64,000 nt of DNA, from positions 1-64,000 of IMG/VR virus record IMGVR_UViG_3300025869_002060, one strand, 5' to 3'. Position numbers and translations under genes: made by a program. Positions 36,635 to 46,760 of the stretch are shown here, piece after piece. Numbering within the stretch: the stretch's first letter is position 1; the number at the start of each line of letters is the position of its first letter. Below the pieces are notes generated by a model. That model worked only from the letters and a program-made list of their open reading frames with translations, was not told where the DNA came from and ran no database searches.

Positions 36635-36797
36635 ACCAGGTGCAAATGAACGTATAGGAATCGAAGTCCCAGGCGGTGTAAAACTTGATGTTGACACCGG
36701 AAATAATGCATTAGATATTGTAGTTGTAATTGGCATTATAGTCATTGCAAGTTTTTTATATGTTGCTAAGAAATGGGTTGATCGGAAAATGAAGTGA
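36624..36797 (+). CDS. small membrane protein (57 aa)
   Basis: Read manually; one TM helix followed by a basic tail. Confidence 0.5.
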   Translation: MANEPGANERIGIEVPGGVKLDVDTGNNALDIVVVIGIIVIASFLYVAKKWVDRKMK

Positions 36798-36800
36798 AAG

Positions 36801-37307
36801 ATGGCCACAGAAAAGATGATTACGCTGGCAGGAAAGACGAAGATGGATAAACTGAACATACGCAACGAAATGTCTGCATTGGATCACAAACAACGTGACT
36901 ACTATGATAGCATGACAGATGATGAAAAGAAAAAGTTTGCGGCTTTTCTTATGATACGTTGGGGAAGTGCAGTTACAGGAGATACAATACTACAACAGTA
37001 TTATCTTGCAAGTTGTAATCAACGACTTAATAAAAACTTCTTTGACATTAGTGCGAGCAAACATAAGAAATTTTTGTGGCTGTTAGCAACTACAATCAGT
37101 CCAGGAATGGGCAATCATTATCACAAATGGATTTCACCTAAGAAGAAAACAAACAACAATAAAGCAGTAAAGTTTTTAAAACAAATGTTTCCAAACCTCG
37201 ACGAAACTGATATAGAGATATTGGCAAAAATCAATGATAAACGAGATCTTAAGGACTTGGCAAGACGGCATGGCTGGGATGACAAGCGAATCAAAGCCGA
37301 GCTATAA
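36801..37307 (+). CDS. putative clamp-loader small subunit-like protein
   Basis: Size and helical pattern (YYDSMTDDEKKKF...LMIRW...WISPKKK) recall T4 gp62-like subunits; weak assignment. Confidence 0.4.
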   Translation: MATEKMITLAGKTKMDKLNIRNEMSALDHKQRDYYDSMTDDEKKKFAAFLMIRWGSAVTGDTILQQYYLASCNQRLNKNFFDISASKHKKFLWLLATTISPGMGNHYHKWISPKKKTNNNKAVKFLKQMFPNLDETDIEILAKINDKRDLKDLARRHGWDDKRIKAEL

Positions 37308-37974
37308 GTGTCAATATTGCGGTAAATCATATCGCAAAGAAAGCACACTTGCCGCTCATTTATGTGAGCCTAAACGTAGGTATCAACAAGAAAAGGAAGT
37401 TGGTGTACAACTTGGCTTCCAAGCATATCTGCGATTCTATGAACTTAGTCAAGGTAGTGCAAAATTAAAGACATACAAAGACTGTGTTGAAAGTCCATAC
37501 TACAGTGCCTTTATTAAGTTTGGCAGGCATTCACAGGCTGTTCGTTGTGTTAACTTTAAAAGTTTCACAGACTGGTTGTTAAAAAACAATAAAAAATTAG
37601 ATCACTGGACCAAAGAAGATTTATATCTTGAATGGTTATATCAGTATATGCGTAATGAAGGTGTTAGCGATGCACTTGAAAGAAGTATGCTGGAAATACA
37701 GAAATACTGTGACGAAACGGATAAGTTACAGTTTGTTGATTATTTCCGTTATGGAAATGAAAACAGAATCTGTCATCATATAAGTAATGGCAGAGTAAGT
37801 CCGTGGATCGTGTTCAATTGCGATAGTGGTGTATCGTTTTTGGAAAAACTTAACGAAGAACAACTAGGAATCATCTTGCCGTGGATTGATCCTGATTATT
37901 GGCAGAAAAAGTTTAAAGATTATGTTGCTGATAGAGAATGGGTCAAAGACATACTTAACAAGGGAGGGTTTTAA
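37234..37974 (+). CDS. zinc-finger hypothetical protein
   Basis: CQYCGKSYRKESTLAAHLC (C2HC/C2H2-like). Confidence 0.65.
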   Translation: MINEILRTWQDGMAGMTSESKPSYKCQYCGKSYRKESTLAAHLCEPKRRYQQEKEVGVQLGFQAYLRFYELSQGSAKLKTYKDCVESPYYSAFIKFGRHSQAVRCVNFKSFTDWLLKNNKKLDHWTKEDLYLEWLYQYMRNEGVSDALERSMLEIQKYCDETDKLQFVDYFRYGNENRICHHISNGRVSPWIVFNCDSGVSFLEKLNEEQLGIILPWIDPDYWQKKFKDYVADREWVKDILNKGGF

Positions 37975-38007
37975 AATGTTCAATCAACTAGCCTGGAAGG
38001 ATACGTT

Positions 38008-38967
38008 TTGAAAATGAAAATCATAGCAGGAAACAGTAATAGAGATCTCGCCGAGCTTATTTCGGAACACTGTTTTGCCGCACTTGTGTCAGCAGATATT
38101 AAAACTTTTGCTGACGGTGAAAGCAGTGTGGAGTTTTTAGAAAACATCAGAGGTGAAGATGTTTTTATTATACAATCAACTAGTACTCCAGTTAACAATC
38201 ATTTGATGGAGTTACTTATTATGGTTGATGCGGCCAAACGAAGTAGTGCCAGACGTATTACCGCAGTTATGCCATACTTTGGTTATGCACGCCAGGATCG
38301 TAAGAGTGCAAGTCGTACGCCAATTACTGCAAAACTAGTTGCTAACTTGTTAACCCAAGCAGGCGCAGATAGAATCTTAACAATGGATCTACATGCAGGA
38401 CAAATACAAGGATTCTTTGATATTCCAGTTGATGACCTAACAAGTCGTTTAGTGTTCGCAAAAGATATTAAACGTAGCATTGAAGGGTTTTACGAGACTG
38501 AAATTGAGAACCAACCACAAACAGTATTTGTAAGTCCAGATGCTGGAGGTACAGTACGAGCAAGAAAATTTGCTGATATGTTTGGCGGAGATATTGCTAT
38601 TGTTGACAAACGTCGACCACGAGCAGGACAAAGTGAAGTAATGAACCTAATAGGTGAAGTTAAAGATAAACATGCAATCCTAGTAGACGATATTGTAGAT
38701 AGCGGAGGAACATTATGTCATGCCGCACAAGCAATTATGGATCAAGGTGCATTGAGCGTTCGTGCTTATATTACACACGGAGTACTGTCAGGCGAAGCAG
38801 TAAAAAGAATTGAAAAAAGTGTATTGTCCGAACTAGTAGTTACGGATAGTATCAACTCACGAGATATAACTAAGTTAAAGAAGGTACGTGAAGTATCTGT
38901 TGGAACATTATTTGGCGAAGCAATTCGTCGAGTAGCAAACGAAGAATCAGTGAGCTCGTTATTTTAA
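38008..38967 (+). CDS. prs: ribose-phosphate pyrophosphokinase (PRPP synthetase)
   Basis: [45 protein letters not shown]. Confidence 0.97.
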   Translation: MKMKIIAGNSNRDLAELISEHCFAALVSADIKTFADGESSVEFLENIRGEDVFIIQSTSTPVNNHLMELLIMVDAAKRSSARRITAVMPYFGYARQDRKSASRTPITAKLVANLLTQAGADRILTMDLHAGQIQGFFDIPVDDLTSRLVFAKDIKRSIEGFYETEIENQPQTVFVSPDAGGTVRARKFADMFGGDIAIVDKRRPRAGQSEVMNLIGEVKDKHAILVDDIVDSGGTLCHAAQAIMDQGALSVRAYITHGVLSGEAVKRIEKSVLSELVVTDSINSRDITKLKKVREVSVGTLFGEAIRRVANEESVSSLF

Positions 38968-39545
38968 TGCAATTTAAAAGTGATATTGATATAGACTTTG
39001 GTGATCGTACACAAGTACTTGATTTATTAAGTCCTGTCCCAGCAAGTATCAAACGTGACGATGGTTTGGTTAAGCACAATACTGGAGTATATTTTCAACG
39101 TGTTCCTGTAGATCCTTACACAGGTTTATGTAGCATTGACCACAAAGAAAGTGAAGATAGAGGATACATCAAACTTGACTTACTAAATGTTAACGTTTAT
39201 AAACAAGTTAAGAATGAAGAACATTTAAAACAGTTGTTAGAAAAAGAACCTGAATGGGATAGGCTTTATGATAAATCATTCTGTGAGCAGTTAATTCACA
39301 TCAATGATCATTATGAAACTCTAGTACGTATGCCTGAAGCAGTTAATACTATTCCAAGACTTGCAATGTTCTTAGCAGTTATACGTCCTGGAAAACGTGC
39401 ATTGATAGGACAAAGATGGAAAGAAGTTGCAAAAACCGTTTGGGAAAAGCCCGCCGACGAGACCTATTATTTTAAGAAGTCGCATAGTGTAGCATATGCA
39501 AACCTAGTAGTAGTTCATATGAACTTAATCAGTCTTTCGAACTAA
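38967..39545 (+). CDS. minimal DNA polymerase III alpha (DnaE/family C) catalytic-core protein
   Basis: SDIDIDF, KHNTGV, KLDLL, IRPG and FKKSHSVAYA appear in DnaE order within only 192 aa. Confidence 0.75.
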   Translation: MQFKSDIDIDFGDRTQVLDLLSPVPASIKRDDGLVKHNTGVYFQRVPVDPYTGLCSIDHKESEDRGYIKLDLLNVNVYKQVKNEEHLKQLLEKEPEWDRLYDKSFCEQLIHINDHYETLVRMPEAVNTIPRLAMFLAVIRPGKRALIGQRWKEVAKTVWEKPADETYYFKKSHSVAYANLVVVHMNLISLSN

Positions 39546-39905
39546 CGTAATACTACGTCTTTTGCTACGCCTAGCACCTAGTTGTTTTAGGCTAGTACTT
39601 GGACCAAATCTTATATCTACATCCTTGCTATTAAATGTGGATCTGCATGTTTGGAATTGGAACCAATCGTGTTTTAAAAACACATTGATTGGAATTAATC
39701 TATTAGATTCCCACCACCATACGTCGGCTAAGTCCAAGAAACTCATCTTCTCTTCTTTTGATTTTAATTTACTATAATCATAGATCGTAGTAATTTGTTC
39801 ATCGCTATTCTGGATTATACCGATATATTCAACTCCACCGTATACTAGGTAGGTTAAAAATGGGTACTGCTCAAGTAGCTCTGTTATCTGTTCTTCAGTG
39901 TACAA
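39525..39905 (-). CDS. conserved hypothetical phage protein
   Basis: 126 aa, YPFL...YIGIIQN...WWWESNRLIPIN. Confidence 0.7.
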   Translation of the reverse strand: MYTEEQITELLEQYPFLTYLVYGGVEYIGIIQNSDEQITTIYDYSKLKSKEEKMSFLDLADVWWWESNRLIPINVFLKHDWFQFQTCRSTFNSKDVDIRFGPSTSLKQLGARRSKRRSITLVRKTD

Positions 39906-39945
39906 GTGTCAACTTCAATAAATAATGTTAATAAGGATCGCCTAC

Positions 39946-40395
39946 ATGACGCAGACAATACTCAGTTATTTATATACGCCAATTATTCGGATGCAAATTC
40001 TGGACGGTACGGTAACCAATCGGGAGGAAAGAAGAGTGTTTAACAATACAATCCAACTGTACAAAGGTACTGATAATCCTGTACAGATAAAATTTTTAAA
40101 TCAGGATCAAAAAAAGCTAGATGTAACTAACTATACATTTGTTGCTAAAGTTATGGAAGGACAAGAAGGTTTTTCATTCTTAACTCCAACTATTACTATA
40201 ACTGATGCTACAAATGGAAAAGGAACTGTTACGTTTACAGAAGAAGATTTAGCATCACTTGATGCGGCACGTTATACATTGGCAATCAAAGGTACCAAGT
40301 CTTCAGTTGAAGCACCGGCTTATGCGGATGACCACTATACGTTAGGTATCACTGTGCATGTTAATCCAGGCTTTTTAGCTGATAAACCATCGTAA
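39946..40395 (+). CDS. Ig-like/BppU-like beta-sandwich structural protein
   Basis: Beta-rich; LYKGTDNP.....NQDQK..D......DATNGKGTVT. Confidence 0.45.
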   Translation: MTQTILSYLYTPIIRMQILDGTVTNREERRVFNNTIQLYKGTDNPVQIKFLNQDQKKLDVTNYTFVAKVMEGQEGFSFLTPTITITDATNGKGTVTFTEEDLASLDAARYTLAIKGTKSSVEAPAYADDHYTLGITVHVNPGFLADKPS

Positions 40396-40466
40396 ACTAC
40401 TTTATTTTCTGAGGACTTGGTATTTGCTTAAATATCAAGCAATCCCTTTTGTTACAAGGAACCTCT

Positions 40467-41288
40467 ATGAAATTAAACTTATCCCGCATTGAAGAACGAA
40501 CAGAACTACTTGAAAATCACTTACTTTTCCAAGGCGACTGTCTAAAAACATTAGACCAATTACATATCTTTATGGAACACCATGTATATGCTGTATGGGA
40601 TTTCATGAGTCTTATTAAATCATTACAAATGCATATATGCCCAAGCACTGAGTGCTGGGTTCCTACAAAATGGGCACGTGCCGGATTAGCACGTATAATC
40701 AACGAAATTGTACTAGGTGAAGAAAGCGATATAGACATCGGTGGTGAAAGTAGTATTACACATCATGATTTATATGCACAAGCAATGTTAGAAGTGGGTT
40801 CAAACGGGAGACCATTTGAAGAATTCATTGAACGTGTACGCAATTTAGGATTTAATGACGCAATGGAAAATGCTCATGTTCCTCCAGCAAGTGCAAGTTT
40901 TATGAAGACAACATTTGGATTTATTGACACAAGAAAACCACATGTTATTGCCGGTGCATTTGCATTCGGCAGGGAAAAACTAATACCTACTATGTTCAGT
41001 AGTTTGTTAAGACAAATGAAGTTTACAGAACATGATGCTCCAAAGTTCCATTACTATTTAGAGAGGCATATTGAGCTAGATGGCGACGAACATGGCCCTG
41101 CGGCAGTGCATCTAGTAGAAACCTTATGTGATAATGATCCAGTAAAAATACACGAAGCAGAAACATCAGCACTTGACGCCCTTGATGCTCGTATACGTTT
41201 ATGGGATGCCGTGTATAGTATTATCAACGACCCTGATGAAAAATTTCTATATAGTGAGTTATTTTTAGCAGAAGGTATAGCCCCATAA
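40467..41288 (+). CDS. DUF3050 / heme-oxygenase-like diiron enzyme
   Basis: HHVYAVWDFMSL, INEIVLGEESD, FAFGRE, YLERHIELDGDEHG. Confidence 0.8.
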   Translation: MKLNLSRIEERTELLENHLLFQGDCLKTLDQLHIFMEHHVYAVWDFMSLIKSLQMHICPSTECWVPTKWARAGLARIINEIVLGEESDIDIGGESSITHHDLYAQAMLEVGSNGRPFEEFIERVRNLGFNDAMENAHVPPASASFMKTTFGFIDTRKPHVIAGAFAFGREKLIPTMFSSLLRQMKFTEHDAPKFHYYLERHIELDGDEHGPAAVHLVETLCDNDPVKIHEAETSALDALDARIRLWDAVYSIINDPDEKFLYSELFLAEGIAP

Positions 41289-41289
41289 T

Positions 41290-42768
41290 ATGTCCGAAAT
41301 CGTTTTATTAACAGGACTCGCAGTAACTGGTAGATTATATAGATCTATGGGCGGAGCTCAATTGGCTTGGTGGTTACGGCAATCTAACTATGATGTACAA
41401 GTAATTGATTTTTTCTGTCAGATGAGCGACGAGGATTTACTTAAACTATACGCAAAGTTTATTACTAAAAGAACAAGAATAGTGGGCTTTGGAATCATGG
41501 GAACATACAATCCTATGATGGGACAACTAGTAAGATTTGTTGAAGAAATGATGCCCACACTTCGCAAGAAATTTCCACATGTTATATTTGTATGTGGCGG
41601 TGCTTGTGCCCAACTTGCAAGTAAACGTTACACACAAGGATCAGGTTTTGATTATTACTATTATGGATATGCAGAAAATACTTTTCTAAGTTTATGTAAT
41701 CAAGTTTTTAGAAAAGGTTCTCAGGTTGATGTAGAAAGAAAACTTGGTAATAGGATTATTAGGGAATCAACTATATGCCCCTTAGATGAATCATCGTTAT
41801 TTACAATTAAAAGAGACGGGCATAGATGGCACGATAAAGATTGTATTATGCCTAACGAAAGTTTACCAATTGAAATAGGAAGAGGTTGTATTTTTAAATG
41901 TAAATTTTGTGCATTTCCACATGTTGGTAAAAAGAAAGGTGAGTATACAAGAACGTTACAACACCTAGAAGAAGAAATACTTAATAATTATTATAAGTTT
42001 GGTTCAACAAAATACTATTTGCTTGATGATACATTCAATGATGATGTTGATAAAATTAAAGATTTTAGCGACATGGTACAACGTTTACCTTTTAAAATTC
42101 ATATAGCAGGTTTTTGTAGAGCTGATTTACTTTGGGCTAATCCTGATACTCCACACTTACTTGAAGAAGCAGGAATGATTGGAACTTACTTTGGTATTGA
42201 AAGTTTTAACCAGTGTGCTTCAAAGTTTGTTGGTAAACCTTGGAGTTTCCAACATGCCCAAGACTACCTTATTAAGTTACGTCATGAGATATGGAAAGAA
42301 CGTATAAGTTTTCGTACAAGTATGATTATTGGATTGCCTGGTGACGATCGCAAAGATTATATTAAATGGCACAGATGGTTTGTAGAAAATGAAATTCCAA
42401 ACTGGAGTTGGCATCCTCTACATCTTGAACGTGATCTACGAGCCCAAAATAATAGTACTATTGACAAGGATGCTGAAAAACACGGATACACTTGGATAAC
42501 TGAAAATAGTAAAGTTATGTGGAAGCACAAAGAGTCTGGTATGACATGGCGTGATGCAATGGAAATGTATACTGAATTTGAAGCACTTAAAGCACCATAT
42601 CAAGTTAAACATTGCTGGGGAGCAATAGAAGAATTTAATTACCTACCACCAGATGCTGATCCTCAGGATCATAACTTTGTTAAAGTACGAACCCAGCATA
42701 ACAAACAGTTAAATGAAGATCGCAAAACCTTCTTAAATGGTTATATTCGAAAGTTACTTGCCCTATAA
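41290..42768 (+). CDS. cobalamin-binding-domain radical SAM protein
   Basis: N-terminal B12-binding-like domain (VCGG, YYYGYAE); GRGCIFKCKFC; DDTF; GIESF; IIGLPG. Confidence 0.85.
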   Translation: MSEIVLLTGLAVTGRLYRSMGGAQLAWWLRQSNYDVQVIDFFCQMSDEDLLKLYAKFITKRTRIVGFGIMGTYNPMMGQLVRFVEEMMPTLRKKFPHVIFVCGGACAQLASKRYTQGSGFDYYYYGYAENTFLSLCNQVFRKGSQVDVERKLGNRIIRESTICPLDESSLFTIKRDGHRWHDKDCIMPNESLPIEIGRGCIFKCKFCAFPHVGKKKGEYTRTLQHLEEEILNNYYKFGSTKYYLLDDTFNDDVDKIKDFSDMVQRLPFKIHIAGFCRADLLWANPDTPHLLEEAGMIGTYFGIESFNQCASKFVGKPWSFQHAQDYLIKLRHEIWKERISFRTSMIIGLPGDDRKDYIKWHRWFVENEIPNWSWHPLHLERDLRAQNNSTIDKDAEKHGYTWITENSKVMWKHKESGMTWRDAMEMYTEFEALKAPYQVKHCWGAIEEFNYLPPDADPQDHNFVKVRTQHNKQLNEDRKTFLNGYIRKLLAL

Positions 42769-42773
42769 ATGTC

Positions 42774-42802
42774 TTGACAAGACTTTAATATTTTGCTATA
42801 GT
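42774..42802 (+). promoter_or_regulatory. sigma70-like promoter
   Basis: TTGACA-N17-TATAGT. Confidence 0.7.
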
Positions 42803-42809
42803 ATATAAA

Positions 42810-43817
42810 ATGTGGACTGAAGTACAAAATACACTAACTGGTGTTCTGCCGAGCAAGAAGAAAACGGCTAGTTCTGGCTGGATTAGCTTTAATGCTCCGT
42901 GTTGTGTACACAATGGAGAAACACCTGACACAAGAGGTCGCGGCGGCGTAATATTTAACGGACAAGGTACAGTTAATTATCATTGTTTTAACTGTAGTTT
43001 TAAAGCCAACTATACACCTGGACGTCTACTTAACTACAAATTTAAAAAGTTATTGGGCTGGCTTGGAGCCAATGATACAGTCATTAATAGACTGGTTATT
43101 GAAGCGATGCGAGTCAAGGATTTAATTGAACCAGAAGATATTGAAGAACCGCACACTGAAGAAATTAATATTAATGCAAGAAGTTTGCCCAACAATCTTA
43201 TTAACTTAAAAGAAGCAATAGCATTAGGTGAACAACTTCCTGATGAGCTAGGAAAGGCTGTAGATTATGTCAACCGCAGAGGCGTTAATCTTAACAAGTA
43301 TACTATCCACTGGACTAGTGATACTCATAACAATATGCATAGGCGAGTTGTTATTCCTATTACGTGGAAAAAGAAAGTAATGGGTTATACTGCAAGATCG
43401 TTTGACGATGTTGTTAAACCCAAGTATCATAATAACTATGAATCAAAGTTGGTTTATAACTTAGATAACCAACACTACGATAATGAAATTGCAATAGTAT
43501 GTGAAGGTCCATTTGATGCACTTGCAATTGATGGTATTGCTACTCTTGGTAGTGAGATCAATAATATTCAAGCACAGCTCATTGAGAACCTAGATAAACA
43601 TATTATAGTTGTTGCTGATACTGATGTGTCAGGCGACGGATTAATTAAGGCCGCACTGAAAAACGGTTGGTCAGTTAGTTTTCCAGTTTGGCAGAAAGAT
43701 TACAAAGATGTGTCAGAAGCAGTTGAACATCTTGGAAAACTATTTGTAATGAAAAGCATTATAGACGGTGTTGAGACAAACCCGTTGAAAATCAAACTTA
43801 GGAGAAAGATCAAATGA
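42810..43817 (+). CDS. DNA primase (T4 gp61-like)
   Basis: Zn ribbon CCVH...HCFNC; TOPRIM VCEGPFDA, ADTD. Confidence 0.85.
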   Translation: MWTEVQNTLTGVLPSKKKTASSGWISFNAPCCVHNGETPDTRGRGGVIFNGQGTVNYHCFNCSFKANYTPGRLLNYKFKKLLGWLGANDTVINRLVIEAMRVKDLIEPEDIEEPHTEEININARSLPNNLINLKEAIALGEQLPDELGKAVDYVNRRGVNLNKYTIHWTSDTHNNMHRRVVIPITWKKKVMGYTARSFDDVVKPKYHNNYESKLVYNLDNQHYDNEIAIVCEGPFDALAIDGIATLGSEINNIQAQLIENLDKHIIVVADTDVSGDGLIKAALKNGWSVSFPVWQKDYKDVSEAVEHLGKLFVMKSIIDGVETNPLKIKLRRKIK

Positions 43818-44482
43818 AGTATAAGAAAATCCATTGTCATGGTAGTACTTTTACATGTGGGAAAGGTCTCAGCGATCAGAATAAAGAAAATTATGCACAA
43901 TTGATGTATAACGCAACAGGAATACAATGTATCAATCAAGGCTTTAATCAGAGCAGTAATGAAGATACTTTTCTTCGTGCTAGTGTTAGCATATTAGATG
44001 CTGATGCAGATCTTATTATTGTTGAATGGTGTGCTCCAGGTAACCAACGTTATTATCCAAATCATGTTACAGTAAAAACTATGGAAGTGCATGAACACGA
44101 TACATTGTATAATCAATATTATAAGCTGAGTCAGTTCTTGCCGTTGTTAGACAGCATGGCTTTTCAAATGCGTAAAAAGATTCTACATTTTACAAGCAAC
44201 TTGTTTATTGATGAGGAGTTTTTAAAAATTCCTCTACCTCCTCTTAACAAAGAAGATATTACACATATTGGTGGCAAAACACGTCAAGCAATTCAAGTTA
44301 ATCCCAGTAAACCGGATATTACTGCTGAACGTGCTTCGTTAAATAGTATACGTACATTGTTGCTAACTATTCGACGTACAGATTGGATAAACTTAACTGA
44401 TAACGTTGAAAGTAAATGGGGAGACCTAAGTCTCGACGATCAGCATAAGAAAGTGTCAGAGATGTGCTTGGCCGCAATTTAA
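43814..44482 (+). CDS. SGNH-like hypothetical protein
   Basis: HGSTFTCG, NQGFNQSSN blocks. Confidence 0.45.
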   Translation: MKYKKIHCHGSTFTCGKGLSDQNKENYAQLMYNATGIQCINQGFNQSSNEDTFLRASVSILDADADLIIVEWCAPGNQRYYPNHVTVKTMEVHEHDTLYNQYYKLSQFLPLLDSMAFQMRKKILHFTSNLFIDEEFLKIPLPPLNKEDITHIGGKTRQAIQVNPSKPDITAERASLNSIRTLLLTIRRTDWINLTDNVESKWGDLSLDDQHKKVSEMCLAAI

Positions 44483-44491
44483 GGAGAGCAA

Positions 44492-45385
44492 ATGAATCAA
44501 TTTTGGATAACAGGTAATCCCGGAAGCGGTTATCATTTGATAGAAGCACTAATAAGGTTTTGCAGTGGATTAGACTTTGATAAAAATCTACAACCGCTGG
44601 AGCCTTTGCACTGTTTTCATAGACATCATCAGACGCAATCATTGATACCTACAATGGAACTGCAAGATAATCGCTCAACATTGCAACAGTTAGTCCAACC
44701 AATTGACAATAATAATCCAAGGGTAGTTACAGTAACAGCACCAATGGCTGAAACTGGAATTGACGCTGTCTTCAATATAGTAAAAGATAGAGGTCATTTT
44801 ATTTTTTTAAATGCACAAGATCCTGTTTTTGGAATTGTGTTTTCGCAGACGTCCAGTAATGATCCACGTAAAAATGCTATATCGTTTATGCCTAACAATA
44901 ATGTTAAGCAATGGAACAGTGAAGCTGAAGTTTTTACAGACCTTGAAAGATGGGAACAACGTGAATATCTAAGTTCGTTTATTGAACACTATTGGACAGA
45001 ACTAGAAAGCCAACGACAATTAGCAATGTCATATGGAGCCACTTGTTATTTTACTGAATCGTTTATGACAGATCCCGACAGAGTTTGTCGAGCAGTGTTT
45101 GAAAAGTTTGAAATACCAATAGCCGACGAACAAACGTTTGATATTCTAATAGAGCTGTGGAAACATCATTGCACACAAACAATATCCGATTACCAAAGTA
45201 TTAATTCTTGGAAACATGCTTTGGTAAATGAATCTGAATATGATTCCCAAATACCATTGCGTTCTTTAGTATATGAAGCTATAATACAAAGACATATCAG
45301 AACTGAACTTAATACTGAACTCAGGTGTGCTGGGCTAAACACATGGCCTACTACTGTCAGAGAACTAAAGGAATACTATGACTGA
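44492..45385 (+). CDS. P-loop/sulfotransferase-like hypothetical protein
   Basis: ITGNPGSG N-terminal loop; ESFMTDP..VC..VF. Confidence 0.45.
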   Translation: MNQFWITGNPGSGYHLIEALIRFCSGLDFDKNLQPLEPLHCFHRHHQTQSLIPTMELQDNRSTLQQLVQPIDNNNPRVVTVTAPMAETGIDAVFNIVKDRGHFIFLNAQDPVFGIVFSQTSSNDPRKNAISFMPNNNVKQWNSEAEVFTDLERWEQREYLSSFIEHYWTELESQRQLAMSYGATCYFTESFMTDPDRVCRAVFEKFEIPIADEQTFDILIELWKHHCTQTISDYQSINSWKHALVNESEYDSQIPLRSLVYEAIIQRHIRTELNTELRCAGLNTWPTTVRELKEYYD

Positions 45386-46760
45386 TTATACACCAGACTT
45401 ACAAAAATTATTCTTAGAAATGTTGATGGACGACGCACAAAGTTTTGTTCGTGTTGCAAACATTTATAATCCTAACAACTTTGATCAAGGATTAAGACCA
45501 ACTGCTGAGTTCCTTAAAGACCATAGTGAAAAGTATAAAGTTCTTCCAACGCACGATCAAGTAAAAGCACAAACTGGTGTAGATCTAAAACCACACACAG
45601 ACTTATCTGAAGACCATTATGATTGGTTTATGGCTGAGTTTGAAGCATTTACAAGACGTGGTGAATTAGAAAGAGCAATTCTTAAGAGTGCCGACTTATT
45701 AGAAAAAGGCGAATATGATCCAGTTGAGAAACTGATCAAAGATGCAGTGCAAATAAGTCTTACAAAAGATATGGGTACTGATTATTTTGCAGATCCACGT
45801 GGTAGATTGATGGCTGTTAAGAGCAACAACGGTCAGGTAAGTACAGGCTGGGAAACACTTGATAAAAAACTATTTGGTGGAATGAATAGAGGCGAGTTGA
45901 ATATCTTTGCAGGTGGCAGTGGATCTGGTAAAAGTTTGTTTATGCAAAACATAAGTCTAAATTGGATCACACAAGGTGTTAACGGAGTGTACATTACACT
46001 AGAACTTAGTGAAGAGCTTTGTGCAATGAGAATGGATGCAATGACAGCAAATATTGCAACCAGCCAAATATTTAAAGATCTTGACACACTTGAAATGAAG
46101 ATTAAGATGGCAGGAAAGAAAAGCGGAAAATTCCGTATTAAGTATATGCCAGCACAAAGCAATGTTAATCAGATTAGAAGTTATCTTAAAGAACTTCAAG
46201 TACAGACTGGCATGAAAGTTGATTTTGTAATGATTGACTATCTTGATCTTGTTATGCCAGTTAGTGCAAAAGTAAGTCCAAATGATTTGTTTATTAAAGA
46301 CAAGTATGTAAGTGAAGAACTACGTAATTTATCAAAAGAACTAAACGTATTAATGATTACTGCATCACAGTTGAACAGAAGTGCAGTTGAAGAAATAGAA
46401 TTTGATCATTCGCATATTGCTGGTGGATTGAGTAAAATTAATACTGCTGATAATGTTTTTGGTATTTTTACAAGTCGTGCAATGCGTGAACGTGGTAGAT
46501 ATCAAATACAGTTAATGAAAACAAGAAGCAGTAGTGGTGTTGGTCAAAAGGTAGACTTAGAATTTAATCTAGAAAGTTTACGTATTACAGATCCCGGTGA
46601 AGAAGGACAAGATAGAGGTCCAGTTGAAGCAAGTAGTGATATACTTGGAAAGATTAAAACTTCTAGTGTAACTGACAAACCTAACTTGGATACAGCCAAA
46701 GTTGGTGCAAGTGTAGACGGTAGCAAGTTAAAGAACATGCTGGCTGGTTTAAAATCATGA
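45378..46760 (+). CDS. replicative DNA helicase (DnaB/gp41 family)
   Basis: GGSGSGKS, YITLEL, MIDYLDL, TASQLNR, SKINTAD, LMKTR. Confidence 0.92.
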   Translation: MTDYTPDLQKLFLEMLMDDAQSFVRVANIYNPNNFDQGLRPTAEFLKDHSEKYKVLPTHDQVKAQTGVDLKPHTDLSEDHYDWFMAEFEAFTRRGELERAILKSADLLEKGEYDPVEKLIKDAVQISLTKDMGTDYFADPRGRLMAVKSNNGQVSTGWETLDKKLFGGMNRGELNIFAGGSGSGKSLFMQNISLNWITQGVNGVYITLELSEELCAMRMDAMTANIATSQIFKDLDTLEMKIKMAGKKSGKFRIKYMPAQSNVNQIRSYLKELQVQTGMKVDFVMIDYLDLVMPVSAKVSPNDLFIKDKYVSEELRNLSKELNVLMITASQLNRSAVEEIEFDHSHIAGGLSKINTADNVFGIFTSRAMRERGRYQIQLMKTRSSSGVGQKVDLEFNLESLRITDPGEEGQDRGPVEASSDILGKIKTSSVTDKPNLDTAKVGASVDGSKLKNMLAGLKS

